Part shown: piece by piece, positions 44,254-53,424 of the stretch
Numbering within the stretch: position 1 is the first letter of the stretch
Layout of the letters: the number at the start of each line of letters is the position of its first letter
NCBI GenBank assembly: GCA_021789155.1
Contig: JAJYJW010000002.1
Span: 1-58,697 of the forward strand
Length of the DNA: 58,697 bases
Direction: 5' to 3'
Origin: Candidatus Micrarchaeota archaeon
GTDB lineage: Archaea; Micrarchaeota; Micrarchaeia; Micrarchaeales; CABMGC01
Notes under the pieces: generated by a model
What the model was told of the DNA's origin: nothing
Seen by the model: the letters and a program-made list of their open reading frames with translations, nothing else
Database searches by the model: none
Program-made: the position numbers and the translations under genes

Positions 44254-44547
44254 ATGTTCGCAGACATGCTCCCCAGCATCTTCAAGGTGAAGGACAGGAG
44301 CATGCTGCCTTCTATTCCTGAAAACAGCTACGTATTGACTATGAAAAGAAAGGAGCTGAAGATTGGCGACGTGGTGGTCGCGATGCACCCATACAATAAC
44401 ATGAAGATAGTGAAGAGGGTTGCATTATGCGACGAAAATGGAATTTTCCTGATTGGAGACAATTTAGATGAAAGCACAGATAGCAGAACGTTCGGACAAA
44501 TAAGCCATACTGGAATATTAGGAAAAGTTGTATTCGTAGTCAACTAG
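44254..44547 (+). CDS. sodX: S26-family peptidase, NiSOD maturation protease (SodX-like)
   Basis: Starts on the base after the sodN stop; DRSMLPSI (catalytic Ser block), KIVKRV (Lys block), GDNLDESTDSRTFG. Confidence 0.7.
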   Translation: MFADMLPSIFKVKDRSMLPSIPENSYVLTMKRKELKIGDVVVAMHPYNNMKIVKRVALCDENGIFLIGDNLDESTDSRTFGQISHTGILGKVVFVVN

Positions 44548-44550
44548 AAG

Positions 44551-44622
44551 TGGAGGTACAGGGAATCGAACCCCGGCCTGCAGAATGTCAATCTGCCATC
44601 CTAGCCACTAGACGATACCTCC
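44551..44622 (-). tRNA. tRNA-Val (anticodon GAC), no intron
   Basis: Reverse complement folds as GGAGGTA-TC-GTCT-AGTGGCTA-GGAT-G-GCAGA-TTGACAT-TCTGC-AGGC-CGGGG-TTCGATT-CCCTG-TACCTCC-A; canonical T loop. Confidence 0.8.
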
Positions 44623-44669
44623 AACAATTACAGAGAACATTTCTGTGTTTTAGTTATTAAACCCTTCGC

Positions 44670-45560
44670 TCATACTTGAATGAGCATTCCGTCATTTGCG
44701 ATTTCGCTGTTCTTGAAAACCTTCCTCGCTTCGTTTAGCATCTCCACAGTGTCTCTGTACCTTGTGCTTATGTGCGTGAGAATCAGCCTTTTCGCCTTTG
44801 CCTTCTTTGCCACTTCCGCAGCTTCCGTGGACGTGCTGTGTCTGCGCTCTTTCGCGAGGTTAGCCTCGCTGTTCTTGTATGATGATTCATGGATTAGTAT
44901 GTCGGCATCGCTGGCGGCGATTATCGTGTCCCTCAAAGGCCTTGTGTCACAAGCATACACTATCTTCTTCCCGGCTATTTGATACGTTACTTGCTTTATG
45001 CCGATGGTTTTCTTTCCTATCTTGATGCTTCCTTTCTTCAGAAGCTCTGCGAACATGGTGCCCTTGACTCCTAGTTTCTTGCACTTTTCCTTTATGAACC
45101 TCTTTCTGTCGTCTTCCTTGAATACGTAGCCATATGTCTTTATGGAATGGTTTAGCTTGAATGCGTTAACAGTATAATTCTTCCCCGAAAACACCTTCCC
45201 TGCGCTTATGCCAATCACATTTATCGGGTATTTGATTATCGCACTGTCAAACGTTATGAGATTTCGAACGATTTGCTCCTGTCCTTTTGGAACATAAATC
45301 GTAAGTGGCTTATCTCTGCTGTGTATCGCAAGTGTTCTGACTATTCCTGCTATGCCTATGACGTGATCGCCATGTGCATGGGTTATGAATATGGTGTTGA
45401 TTCTGGCCATATTCAATCCGTAATTGAGCATCTTCTCCTGTGTGCCTTCTCCGCAATCGAAAAGAATGAGTTCGCCATTGAACATCAACGCGACTGCAGG
45501 CATCCCCCTCTTCTTGGAAGGCGCTGCACCAGATGTACCCAAAAACATCATTTTTATCAT
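44670..45560 (-). CDS. rnz: ribonuclease Z (tRNA 3' endonuclease)
   Basis: MFLGTSGAAPSKKRG...LFDCGEGTQ, FITHAHGDHVIG (HxHxDH), C-terminal LILTHIS. Confidence 0.85.
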   Translation of the reverse strand: MIKMMFLGTSGAAPSKKRGMPAVALMFNGELILFDCGEGTQEKMLNYGLNMARINTIFITHAHGDHVIGIAGIVRTLAIHSRDKPLTIYVPKGQEQIVRNLITFDSAIIKYPINVIGISAGKVFSGKNYTVNAFKLNHSIKTYGYVFKEDDRKRFIKEKCKKLGVKGTMFAELLKKGSIKIGKKTIGIKQVTYQIAGKKIVYACDTRPLRDTIIAASDADILIHESSYKNSEANLAKERRHSTSTEAAEVAKKAKAKRLILTHISTRYRDTVEMLNEARKVFKNSEIANDGMLIQV

Positions 45561-45564
45561 AAGA

Positions 45565-46650
45565 TCACAGCTCTATCCTAACTTTTTTCTTTGCAAGGTC
45601 AACTTCCTTTACGATGTCTCCAAAAACCTCTTGCACTTCTTGCAATGTCGCTCTTTTGTTCTTTTGCATGTACTCGATCACGTTATTAACTAGCCGCATG
45701 TTTTCAAATATCTTTTGTCCTGATTCTGTTCCTTCTTTCTCCCTTGTCTCAAGTTCATCTAGGATTTTCTTCTGCTTCTCGATATTCGCGGCAATCGCGT
45801 CTACTCTCGAAGTGTCTTTCTTTATTCCTATTCTCGCGTCAAGGTAGAACCTCTCTAGCATTTCACTTATGCTCTGGAACGATAACTGCTCCAAACCGGA
45901 ATACTTCTTCAATGGAAGAAGGGAGTATTCGTACAACTCAAAATCCTTCGAATAAATTGTGGGGATTGGATGAAGGAACAAAGCGTCTACGAATGAGCGC
46001 GTAGCTGTAGCGATTTCCTTCGCTGTTTTATCATCGTTGATTGGAGAGTCCGCAGGAATTTTCAATTCCTCTAATATCTGCTCCGCATATACTGGCGCTA
46101 TCCCCATTGCGACTATGGGTTTTATCGCCTTATCCTCTTTCCTTTCCATCAAATTGCTAGCTATCTGCTCCACGCTTGCATTTGATACATTCAATGTGGA
46201 AGCGTTCGGGAATTCATAGATAATTTTTGGCTTTACTTCACGATCCTTCTGTGCAGTATTCCTATATGCGATGTTTATCTTCATCGCAGGATCGGTTATT
46301 ATCACGTTCCCTTTCGCGAAAAGCTCGATTATCAGCTTGGTTTCATCGGAGAAAGTCATGATTAGTATTCTGTCCATTCCGTACTGGCTTATCTCCTTGA
46401 GCTTCTTGTTCATTATTAGCTTTCTTGCCACTGTGCAGAATTGCGTTGGCGTATCCGTTTCCTCCACGATCGAGGTGAAGTTAACAACATAGGGTATTCT
46501 GACGAAAAGCACGCGCTTCGCAGATGCGGAGGTGAAATGAAATCTGATAGCGCCTTCCCCAAGATCGTATATCTTGCCAAGGAATAGGCCTTCTAAAGAT
46601 TTCAGCTCCTTGACTATGCATGCAATCTCGATTGCAGAAAGGGAGCGCAT
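45565..46650 (-). CDS. NFACT-N (FbpA/RqcH N-terminal) domain protein
   Basis: N-terminus MRSLSAIEIACIVKELKSLEGLFLGKIYDLGEGAIRFHF resembles the NFACT-N start of archaeal RqcH/NEMF homologues. At 361 aa it is shorter than the about 650 aa I expect for full-length homologues. Confidence 0.5.
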   Translation of the reverse strand: MRSLSAIEIACIVKELKSLEGLFLGKIYDLGEGAIRFHFTSASAKRVLFVRIPYVVNFTSIVEETDTPTQFCTVARKLIMNKKLKEISQYGMDRILIMTFSDETKLIIELFAKGNVIITDPAMKINIAYRNTAQKDREVKPKIIYEFPNASTLNVSNASVEQIASNLMERKEDKAIKPIVAMGIAPVYAEQILEELKIPADSPINDDKTAKEIATATRSFVDALFLHPIPTIYSKDFELYEYSLLPLKKYSGLEQLSFQSISEMLERFYLDARIGIKKDTSRVDAIAANIEKQKKILDELETREKEGTESGQKIFENMRLVNNVIEYMQKNKRATLQEVQEVFGDIVKEVDLAKKKVRIEL

Positions 46651-46656
46651 CTAGGT

Positions 46657-47448
46657 TCACTTTTTGAGCTTGCGCGCGCCTTCCTCCTTGACCACTTTAG
46701 CGAAGCTTGTCACAAGTTTCGCGGCATCGGCTGATTCTTCCATCGCCGTGCCGACTTGTATAATGTCAGCGCCTGCGGAATATGCTGAAGCCAATGCGGC
46801 AGTATCGCGTATGCCCCCTGCAACAATGTATGGTACTGATATCGAGCTTTTAACTGCTTTTATCATGTCCAATGGTATAGGACCAGAACCCTGCAATTGA
46901 GGATTAGAACCAGTGTCAGTTACTATGAACCTGTTTCCCAGATACTCGCCTGCCATTGCAAGCGCTGCCGCAATCTTCGGCTTAGCCCTTGGTATCATGT
47001 TAGCGTCGCCAACCCATCCCACAGTGCCGCCTGGCTCCACGACAATGTAGCCTATAGGCAAAGGCTCTACCTTAAGGCTCTTCGTGAGAGGCGCTGCAAG
47101 CATCTGTGCCTGGATTATCCAGTACGGATTCCTTGCATTGAGCAGAGACATGAAATAAACCGCATCTGCATACTTTGTTAGGGTGGCGATGTTTCCCGGG
47201 AATAGAACTATTGGGACGTTGCCCGCCTTTTCCTTTACGCCTTTGCAAACGTAATCGAGAAGCTCTCCCTGAGCGCCTATGCTTCCACCCACAAGAAGCA
47301 TGTCCGCACCAGCGTTTATGCTCGCTGCTGCTGTTTTTATCGCTGCATCAGGCGTCTTGTAATCTACCGGATCTATTAGCATCGAAAGCATCGCACCCTT
47401 GCTTTCTAGCGTATCGTATATGTATTTCTCTACTTTTCCAAATTTCAA
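46657..47448 (-). CDS. geranylgeranylglyceryl phosphate synthase (PcrB/GGGPS family)
   Basis: LIDPVD, LLVGGSIG, VLFPGN, SLLNARNPYWIIQAQ, VAGGIRD...AGADIIQVGTAMEE. Confidence 0.8.
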   Translation of the reverse strand: MKFGKVEKYIYDTLESKGAMLSMLIDPVDYKTPDAAIKTAAASINAGADMLLVGGSIGAQGELLDYVCKGVKEKAGNVPIVLFPGNIATLTKYADAVYFMSLLNARNPYWIIQAQMLAAPLTKSLKVEPLPIGYIVVEPGGTVGWVGDANMIPRAKPKIAAALAMAGEYLGNRFIVTDTGSNPQLQGSGPIPLDMIKAVKSSISVPYIVAGGIRDTAALASAYSAGADIIQVGTAMEESADAAKLVTSFAKVVKEEGARKLKK

Positions 47449-47493
47449 ATGAACACCTGTAGATAATCAGGATTACGAACATCAGTTATATAG

Positions 47494-48513
47494 CTATATG
47501 TTATGCTTCGCGCTTTTCATCTTTTTCTCATATGTCTTGAACATCTCCATTGCGCCAGAATCAAGCTTCACAATCGGCTTATATCCCAATTGGGCCTTTA
47601 TCCTGCTAATGTCTATCTGCCTGTTGCTCGTCAAGAACCTATATTCGTCTGGATTGATCTTGACGTAAGGCAGCAGAACCTTAGCTATGAACCTGTTAAT
47701 GGTACTGTCTACCCTGGGAACTTTGAGCATGTCCGCAGCGAGATTGAACAAGATGCGCTGGGTGTGGAATTCGCCGTCGGTTAGGTTGTATACGTTCCCT
47801 ATGCTTTTCTTCGATGTGCTCGCGAGTATGAATGCCTGCATTACGTCGTATACGTGCACCAGGTTAAGGGTATTCGTGCCATCGCCGATTATCCTCGCCT
47901 TCCCCAATCTCACCATGTCGAAGAACTTGAAGAATTGTTCCTCGAAGCCAGGCCCATACATTACCGCTATTCTGAATATGGTTGAAGGAACCGTGGATTT
48001 ATAGCGCTGTATTATCTGCTCCGCTAGCATCTTGCTAACCCCGTATTTATCCTGCGGGTCAAGAGATGAGTCCTCGTTAAGAATTTCATTCCTGCGGTAT
48101 CCGTAAACGTCTACGCTGCTAGGAAATATGAAATGCGATACCGCATTGTCTTCGCACGCCTCGAGAACGTTCCTAGTGCCATCGACATTTATGCGCATAA
48201 GGTTCATCGGATTGACCTTGTATTCGCTCACTATTGCCGCAAGATGAAATACGTTATCTACGCCTTTGCATGCATCGTTGAGTATTGCGCTGTCGTTAAT
48301 GTCTCCGACGAATGGGATTGTACCGCTAGGCAAATGAATTATCGAGTCTTTTCTGTTTACCAGCGCCCTTACCGTGTCGCCCCTTTTGATCAAAACCTTA
48401 ATAAGTTCCTTTCCAAGACGACCGCTTGCGCCAGTAACGAAGCTAACTTTGCCTTTGTTCTTTGGCACAGGATTAGTACCGCCGAGTTCTTCGTCTTCGG
48501 CATTTTCTTGCAT
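47494..48513 (-). CDS. NAD-dependent epimerase/dehydratase (extended SDR)
   Basis: VSFVTGASGRLGKELIKVL (TGxxGxxG), YGVSK (YxxxK). Confidence 0.75.
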   Translation of the reverse strand: MQENAEDEELGGTNPVPKNKGKVSFVTGASGRLGKELIKVLIKRGDTVRALVNRKDSIIHLPSGTIPFVGDINDSAILNDACKGVDNVFHLAAIVSEYKVNPMNLMRINVDGTRNVLEACEDNAVSHFIFPSSVDVYGYRRNEILNEDSSLDPQDKYGVSKMLAEQIIQRYKSTVPSTIFRIAVMYGPGFEEQFFKFFDMVRLGKARIIGDGTNTLNLVHVYDVMQAFILASTSKKSIGNVYNLTDGEFHTQRILFNLAADMLKVPRVDSTINRFIAKVLLPYVKINPDEYRFLTSNRQIDISRIKAQLGYKPIVKLDSGAMEMFKTYEKKMKSAKHNI

Positions 48514-48522
48514 TTAAACACT

Positions 48523-49353
48523 TCACTCGCTATTCAGCAGATTGCTTGCGAGCTTCCTCATGTACCCCTCAGGCACATTGTTTGCTGCATATGATGCCCA
48601 ATCCTTTCCGAATGGGATGTGCATGCTGAGCCTTGCCCCCTTCTTGAGAAGCCTGTTTATCTTCTTCGAGCTGTATCCTAATTGAAACTCAAAAATTAAA
48701 GATTTTTTGTACTTTGGCCACACTTTTAACAGCTTGTCTATGTCCTTGTCGCCCAATGAAAGGAGCACTGTGCTTTTGGATGAATCAAGGATTTGCTTTA
48801 TCTTGTCAACGTATTTCAGGTCGTGCTTGACGTTCTCGCCGTTGCACATTACCTTTATGCTGCGCGCTTTCCTGTTCTTCTTTATGAACTTTAGCGCATT
48901 GGTTACGTCGCTGAACGCCAATCCAACGTCTGTTCTGTTTGCTATAGCATTTATGAAGTTGTATTCTTTGTAAAGATCGTGAACTTCGAACCACGTGAAT
49001 ATGTTGTGCTTTGAAGAAAGTGCGTTTATCGCATCCATGTTCTTGTTGCACACGTCTTCGGACAGGGAACTGCCTATCTGCTCCAATGGCATGTGTATGC
49101 ATGCGCTTAACCCCATTCTCTTCAATTCCCTTATCAGTTGCATGTAGGTATTTGCTATGTAATTCGCTTTCGTGCTGTCCTTCGGTTCCCTTGATATGAA
49201 AGTAATAGAAACTGGAAGGCCTCTGGCATTGAACTGCTTCGCCTTTCCTATAGCAGAGCTCATCGTAGGGCCAGCTATGTGCTTTCTAACCAGCCTGAAT
49301 ACCACTTTCTCAACGAATGATTCTTTCTGCATCGAAACCTCTCTAGGCGTCAT
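48523..49353 (-). CDS. proline dehydrogenase-like protein
   Basis: Weak blocks RKHIAGPTMSSAI...GLPVSITFISRE and C-terminal MHIPFGKDWASYAANN resemble monofunctional PutA-type PRODH (f.aGet, lgE, PyG.dw.pY); low certainty. Confidence 0.4.
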   Translation of the reverse strand: MTPREVSMQKESFVEKVVFRLVRKHIAGPTMSSAIGKAKQFNARGLPVSITFISREPKDSTKANYIANTYMQLIRELKRMGLSACIHMPLEQIGSSLSEDVCNKNMDAINALSSKHNIFTWFEVHDLYKEYNFINAIANRTDVGLAFSDVTNALKFIKKNRKARSIKVMCNGENVKHDLKYVDKIKQILDSSKSTVLLSLGDKDIDKLLKVWPKYKKSLIFEFQLGYSSKKINRLLKKGARLSMHIPFGKDWASYAANNVPEGYMRKLASNLLNSE

Positions 49354-49449
49354 TTCTGAATTGCGAAAAATTGCTGAAGCTACGCGGGTTGCCTCCTAAT
49401 TATATTGCATACAAGGGTTCTTAAATCCTTTGCGACGCAGAAGAATAAT

Positions 49450-50694
49450 ATGGAGCACGTTTCCAAATCAAGGGGCATCAGTGGAGAAATCAAGAGATCT
49501 GCAGACGATTTCATAGTAGAAGAGATTTCGAAAAATGGGGGCTTGCTGAAAATTAACCAGGATTTCAGTGCTGCACAGCTAGGTGAAAAAGAAGATGCGG
49601 ATGGCAAATTCGCCAAGTTCGTATTGCAGAAGAAGAACTGGGACACGATAAGGGCGCTTATGGTGGTAGCGAAAACAGTTGGCAGGGGCGTAAAATCCAT
49701 AGGCTACTCTGGAATGAAGGACAGAATATCTACATCTACGCAGTTGGCTAGCATTTACGGGGTTAACGCATCTGCACTTAGCAGGGTTAACCTCAGAGAT
49801 TTGAGGATATGCGGAGCATGGCAATCCTCAACCGCCGCGAGTATGGGCGACCTTCTAGGCAATCATTTTACCGCAAGGATTTGCGATTCGTATGCGTCTG
49901 ACGAGAAGATTATAACAATAAATGAGGAGCTTAACGGAAGAATAGCAAACTATTTCGGCAAGCAGAGATTCGGAATAAGGGGAAACAACGCGAACATCGG
50001 ACTTGCGATAATGCGCGGAGACCTTGAAAACGCAGTCATGGATTTTCTCACAAACACCAAACATGAAACCAACGAGGAAAGCGTAACGGCAAGGGAGAGA
50101 TTGGCACAGGACAGGGATTTCGATGCAGCATTGAAATATTTTCCAATGCACTTGCGGAACGAACGCAGAGTAATATCGAAATTGGCCGCTAATGGAGGCG
50201 ATTACGCGAATGCGTTGCGTTCTATTCCTAGGGGAACGAGCATAATGTTCATCCACGCAGTTGAATCGCAGATATTCAACGATGAACTCAACATGCGCAT
50301 AAAAAGCAACGACATGGAAAATGCTCTGCTATACTGCGGCTTGAACGGCTACGGCTTCCCAGACATAAAGAATCTTACTGCTGAGAAAATGGATGGGGCG
50401 CTACCAGTAGCGCCGTTAATCGGATACAACACAAAACCCGAACACATAAACAGCTACGAAGAAGAAATAATGGAAAAGATGGGCTTGCACGTCGAGGATT
50501 TCAAAGTTAAGAAAATGCCTGAACTAGGAATGAAAGGAACGGAGCGCGCTCTTATGATAAACTATCTTGATTTCAACTACAAGATAGAGGAAAAAGACGC
50601 AATATTCGAATTTTCGCTGCCCGCTGGTGCCTATGCCACAATGCTCCTAGAAGAATTCACAAAGAACGAGAATCAGAATCATGGTGTTGAATAA
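49450..50694 (+). CDS. truD: tRNA pseudouridine synthase D (TruD/Pus7-like)
   Basis: GISGEIKRSADDFIVEEI, GYSGMKDRISTSTQ (catalytic Asp block), NYFGKQRFG; the ORF-track frame opens at TTG 49405, the in-frame ATG 49450 is preferred. Confidence 0.8.
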   Translation: MEHVSKSRGISGEIKRSADDFIVEEISKNGGLLKINQDFSAAQLGEKEDADGKFAKFVLQKKNWDTIRALMVVAKTVGRGVKSIGYSGMKDRISTSTQLASIYGVNASALSRVNLRDLRICGAWQSSTAASMGDLLGNHFTARICDSYASDEKIITINEELNGRIANYFGKQRFGIRGNNANIGLAIMRGDLENAVMDFLTNTKHETNEESVTARERLAQDRDFDAALKYFPMHLRNERRVISKLAANGGDYANALRSIPRGTSIMFIHAVESQIFNDELNMRIKSNDMENALLYCGLNGYGFPDIKNLTAEKMDGALPVAPLIGYNTKPEHINSYEEEIMEKMGLHVEDFKVKKMPELGMKGTERALMINYLDFNYKIEEKDAIFEFSLPAGAYATMLLEEFTKNENQNHGVE

Positions 50695-51554
50695 CCAGAT
50701 TCCCAGTTGCTCGTGAAAGTAACTGCGCTTGTCACTCCATTCTTGTTGTTGCCCGAATAGTCCTTTGCATCGCCGTTTAGCGGCCACCATCCCACTAAGT
50801 TGTTGAGCTTTACTGGTGCGCCGCCGATGCCTTCATTGTACAACGCAGTAATTTCGTTTGCCGAGAGTGTGGCATTGTACACCTGCATGTTTGACATGTA
50901 GCCATACAGGGAATTCGCAGTATATCCTTTTCCGAGAGTCATCTGCACGTTGTTTACCTGCGCAGGGGCATTTACATACGTTGCAGTATTTTGAAGTGCG
51001 CCATTGAGATATGATATGACATTCTTTGGAGATGCAGAACGCGTTATTGTTATCAGCATCCATTTGCCAGGTTCGAAGGTTCCTGCGGGAAACATCACGA
51101 GGCTCTCGTAGCTACATCCGCTATAGCTTTGATAAAAATACAGACTTCCATCGGACCACGCAGTAGCGGTGAAATCGTTGCACAAACCCTGATCAAAAGG
51201 ATTGAAACCTCCTGACAATGGCGCATTCTTCAGATATATCCAAAACGATATGCTCATTGTAGCAGGCAGAGCGAAATTTATTCCAGTGGTAATCTGTGAG
51301 CTTGCACCTCCATTAAAAGATGCGACGTATTGGGGAAGCTCGCCATTGCAAATTCCCTGAAGATTGATGAACGATGTAGTCATCGGTCCATTAGGACGAA
51401 AAACATGGCAAGCGCCTGGCGGCGCCTTGGGTGTAAAAGTAGACGCATTGAAGATTCCTAGTTGGAAGAGTGCCCCGAGTACTACTGCAATGATGAGTAT
51501 TGCCCATCCGTAGGTCATGAGGTATTCCATTGCAGATTGAAGTTTTGTTGCCAT
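50679..51554 (-). CDS. class III signal peptide (type IV pilin-like) LamG-domain protein P1
   Basis: MATKLQSAMEYLMTYGWAILIIAVVLGALF (short basic leader plus hydrophobic helix), Cys pair ACHVF...GICNG. LamG-type tail MSNMQVYNATLSANEITALYNEG...LVGWWPLNGDAKDYSGNNKNG. Confidence 0.75.
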   Translation of the reverse strand: MATKLQSAMEYLMTYGWAILIIAVVLGALFQLGIFNASTFTPKAPPGACHVFRPNGPMTTSFINLQGICNGELPQYVASFNGGASSQITTGINFALPATMSISFWIYLKNAPLSGGFNPFDQGLCNDFTATAWSDGSLYFYQSYSGCSYESLVMFPAGTFEPGKWMLITITRSASPKNVISYLNGALQNTATYVNAPAQVNNVQMTLGKGYTANSLYGYMSNMQVYNATLSANEITALYNEGIGGAPVKLNNLVGWWPLNGDAKDYSGNNKNGVTSAVTFTSNWESGYSTP

Positions 51555-51561
51555 GTTATCA

Positions 51562-52419
51562 CTAAGGTGCAGAATAACCTGCTTCCCAACTACTCGTGAA
51601 GCTTATCCCAGACGCAGCCCCATTAGCATTGTTTCCAGAATAGTCCTTCGCATCGCCATTCAAAGGCCACCATCCAACAAGATTGTTCAGTTTCACGGGT
51701 GCGCCGCCTATCCCTTCGTTGTATAGTGCTGTTATTTCATTCGAGGTTAATGACGAATTGTATATCTGAACATTTGCAATCTGCCCGGCAAAGTAGTGAA
51801 CCCAGGAGTATCCGATCTTCGTAGAAATATAGTTGGCATATGGACTTATCGAGCTCCAGCTGGTGTATGAGACCGTTTGTGGGATACCATTAACGTATAT
51901 GCCAAACACGCTGCCAGAACTTGTTATGACTAGGTTATACCACGTGCTAGTTGAAAATGTAGCTGTTGAAGATGCAATCTGATCTGTACCGTATGCAGTA
52001 TACCCTGCACCAGAACCACTAATCCACACCTGGTAACCGCCCCCTCCATTCTTCAGATTACCCAATATGGAACCTCTGGCATTTGACGATAGCTCTATCC
52101 ATGCAGAAAGTGAATACGTGCTTTGTGGATACCAGTCACTTGCTACAGTATTCAAATCTACGTAATTACTTACGCCGTTGAATTTCGCGACGTATTGCGG
52201 CAATTCTCCATTGCATATTCCCTGAAGATTGATGAACGATGTTGTTCCAGGTCCATTAGGACGAAACACATGGCAAGCGCCAGGCGGCGATTTCGGCGTG
52301 AATGTTGAAGCGTTAAAAATACCCAACTGGAATAATGCACCTAATACTACTGCTATGATGAGTATTGCCCATCCGTAAGTCATGAGGTATTCCATCGCGC
52401 TTTGAAGGGTGTGTTTCAT
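51562..52419 (-). CDS. class III signal peptide LamG-domain protein P2
   Basis: Preferred start MKHTLQSAMEY at 52419 by analogy with the paralogues (the ORF-track frame extends to 52491); same N- and C-terminal modules. Confidence 0.75.
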   Translation of the reverse strand: MKHTLQSAMEYLMTYGWAILIIAVVLGALFQLGIFNASTFTPKSPPGACHVFRPNGPGTTSFINLQGICNGELPQYVAKFNGVSNYVDLNTVASDWYPQSTYSLSAWIELSSNARGSILGNLKNGGGGYQVWISGSGAGYTAYGTDQIASSTATFSTSTWYNLVITSSGSVFGIYVNGIPQTVSYTSWSSISPYANYISTKIGYSWVHYFAGQIANVQIYNSSLTSNEITALYNEGIGGAPVKLNNLVGWWPLNGDAKDYSGNNANGAASGISFTSSWEAGYSAP

Positions 52420-52429
52420 AGCTAGTACC

Positions 52430-53308
52430 TCATGGTGCGCTGTATCCTGCAGACCAGCTACTGGTGAATGAAATGGCTGTGGCAGCACCATTGTTGTTAT
52501 TGCCCGAATAGTCCTTCACATCGCCATTGAGCGGCCACCAGCCTACAAGATTGCTTAACTTAATCGGAGCAGCACCTATGCCCCCATTATACAACGCTGC
52601 TATTTCATTGGAGGACAAAGATGCGTTGTATACCTGCACGTTGCTCATTAAACCCGTAAAGTACTGTCCACCTGTGCCTAGCTGCCCCAGAAACATGTGA
52701 TGGGTCGAATCAAAGAGAAGAGGAGTGTTCGAAGTATATGCTCCTGATCCAAGATTCGTTCCATCTACGTATGCTGTCCAGCCCGTAGTGGTAACGGCAA
52801 AGCATCCTTGATACCAAGTGTCTGCACCGAAATTGTAAGTCACATATCCGCTGATTTCTATCCAATTGCTTCCAGTCCCGATGTCATTATACCATTTATT
52901 TCCAGGAGTTGCCAGTTGCATGTCAAAAGAATAATCGCCTGGACCTCTAGAGGACAAAATTTCCGGCCCACCTGTTAACACTGAAGGATTGAACCAGGCA
53001 CAAGTCGTGAAAGAATTTTTTACTGTAGTGGGTATAGCAGTAACATAACCAGCGCCATTGAACTTAGCAACATACTGCGGCAATTCTCCATTGCAAATTC
53101 CCTGAGTATTTATGAAAGAGGTTGTTCCTGGGCCATTAGGACGAAAAACATGGCAAGCGCCTGGCGGCGCCTTTGGGGTGAAAGTAGAAGCGTTGAATAT
53201 GCCTAGCTGAAAGAGTGCACCAAGCACGACCGCTATGATGAGGATTGCCCACCCATAAGTCATTAGGTATTCCATTGCGGACTGCAGCATGAGATTGTTA
53301 TTTCGCAA
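52430..53308 (-). CDS. class III signal peptide LamG-domain protein P3
   Basis: MRNNNLMLQSAMEYLMTYGW...; the 3' block 52488-52591 is identical to the reverse complement of 57510-57613. Confidence 0.75.
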   Translation of the reverse strand: MRNNNLMLQSAMEYLMTYGWAILIIAVVLGALFQLGIFNASTFTPKAPPGACHVFRPNGPGTTSFINTQGICNGELPQYVAKFNGAGYVTAIPTTVKNSFTTCAWFNPSVLTGGPEILSSRGPGDYSFDMQLATPGNKWYNDIGTGSNWIEISGYVTYNFGADTWYQGCFAVTTTGWTAYVDGTNLGSGAYTSNTPLLFDSTHHMFLGQLGTGGQYFTGLMSNVQVYNASLSSNEIAALYNGGIGAAPIKLSNLVGWWPLNGDVKDYSGNNNNGAATAISFTSSWSAGYSAP

Positions 53309-53374
53309 GCAATTTCCCGCAAAGAATATTCATCGTATACTTAAAAACATTTTGCAGAGTAGGCTATATTCTGG

Positions 53375-53424
53375 AATGGTTAAAATAAAAAGAAAGAGAA
53401 TGAAGGTACAATTATTGTACCTTC
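53375..53424 (-). terminator. palindromic hairpin plus T-tract after the short pilin gene
   Basis: gaaggtacaat-t-attgtaccttc (11-bp arms, 53402-53424, overlapping the stop codon). On the minus strand it is followed by ttctctttctttttatttt. Confidence 0.4.

Larger units (their letters stand above)
50679..53308 (-). repeat. left arm: three tandem about 0.87-kb paralogous pilin-LamG gene units
   Basis: The units share near-identical about 230-nt 5' modules and about 200-nt 3' modules; the cores are divergent. Confidence 0.85.

Noticed and set aside
51562-52491. Long form of pilin P2 starting at 52491 (extra 24 residues MVLPQPFHSPVAGLQDTAHHEVLA)
   Set aside because: The extension overlaps the 3' end of P3 and has no counterpart in the six paralogues, which all start 3-8 residues before LQSAMEY. 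The internal start at 52419 (MKHTLQSAMEY) is adopted instead.
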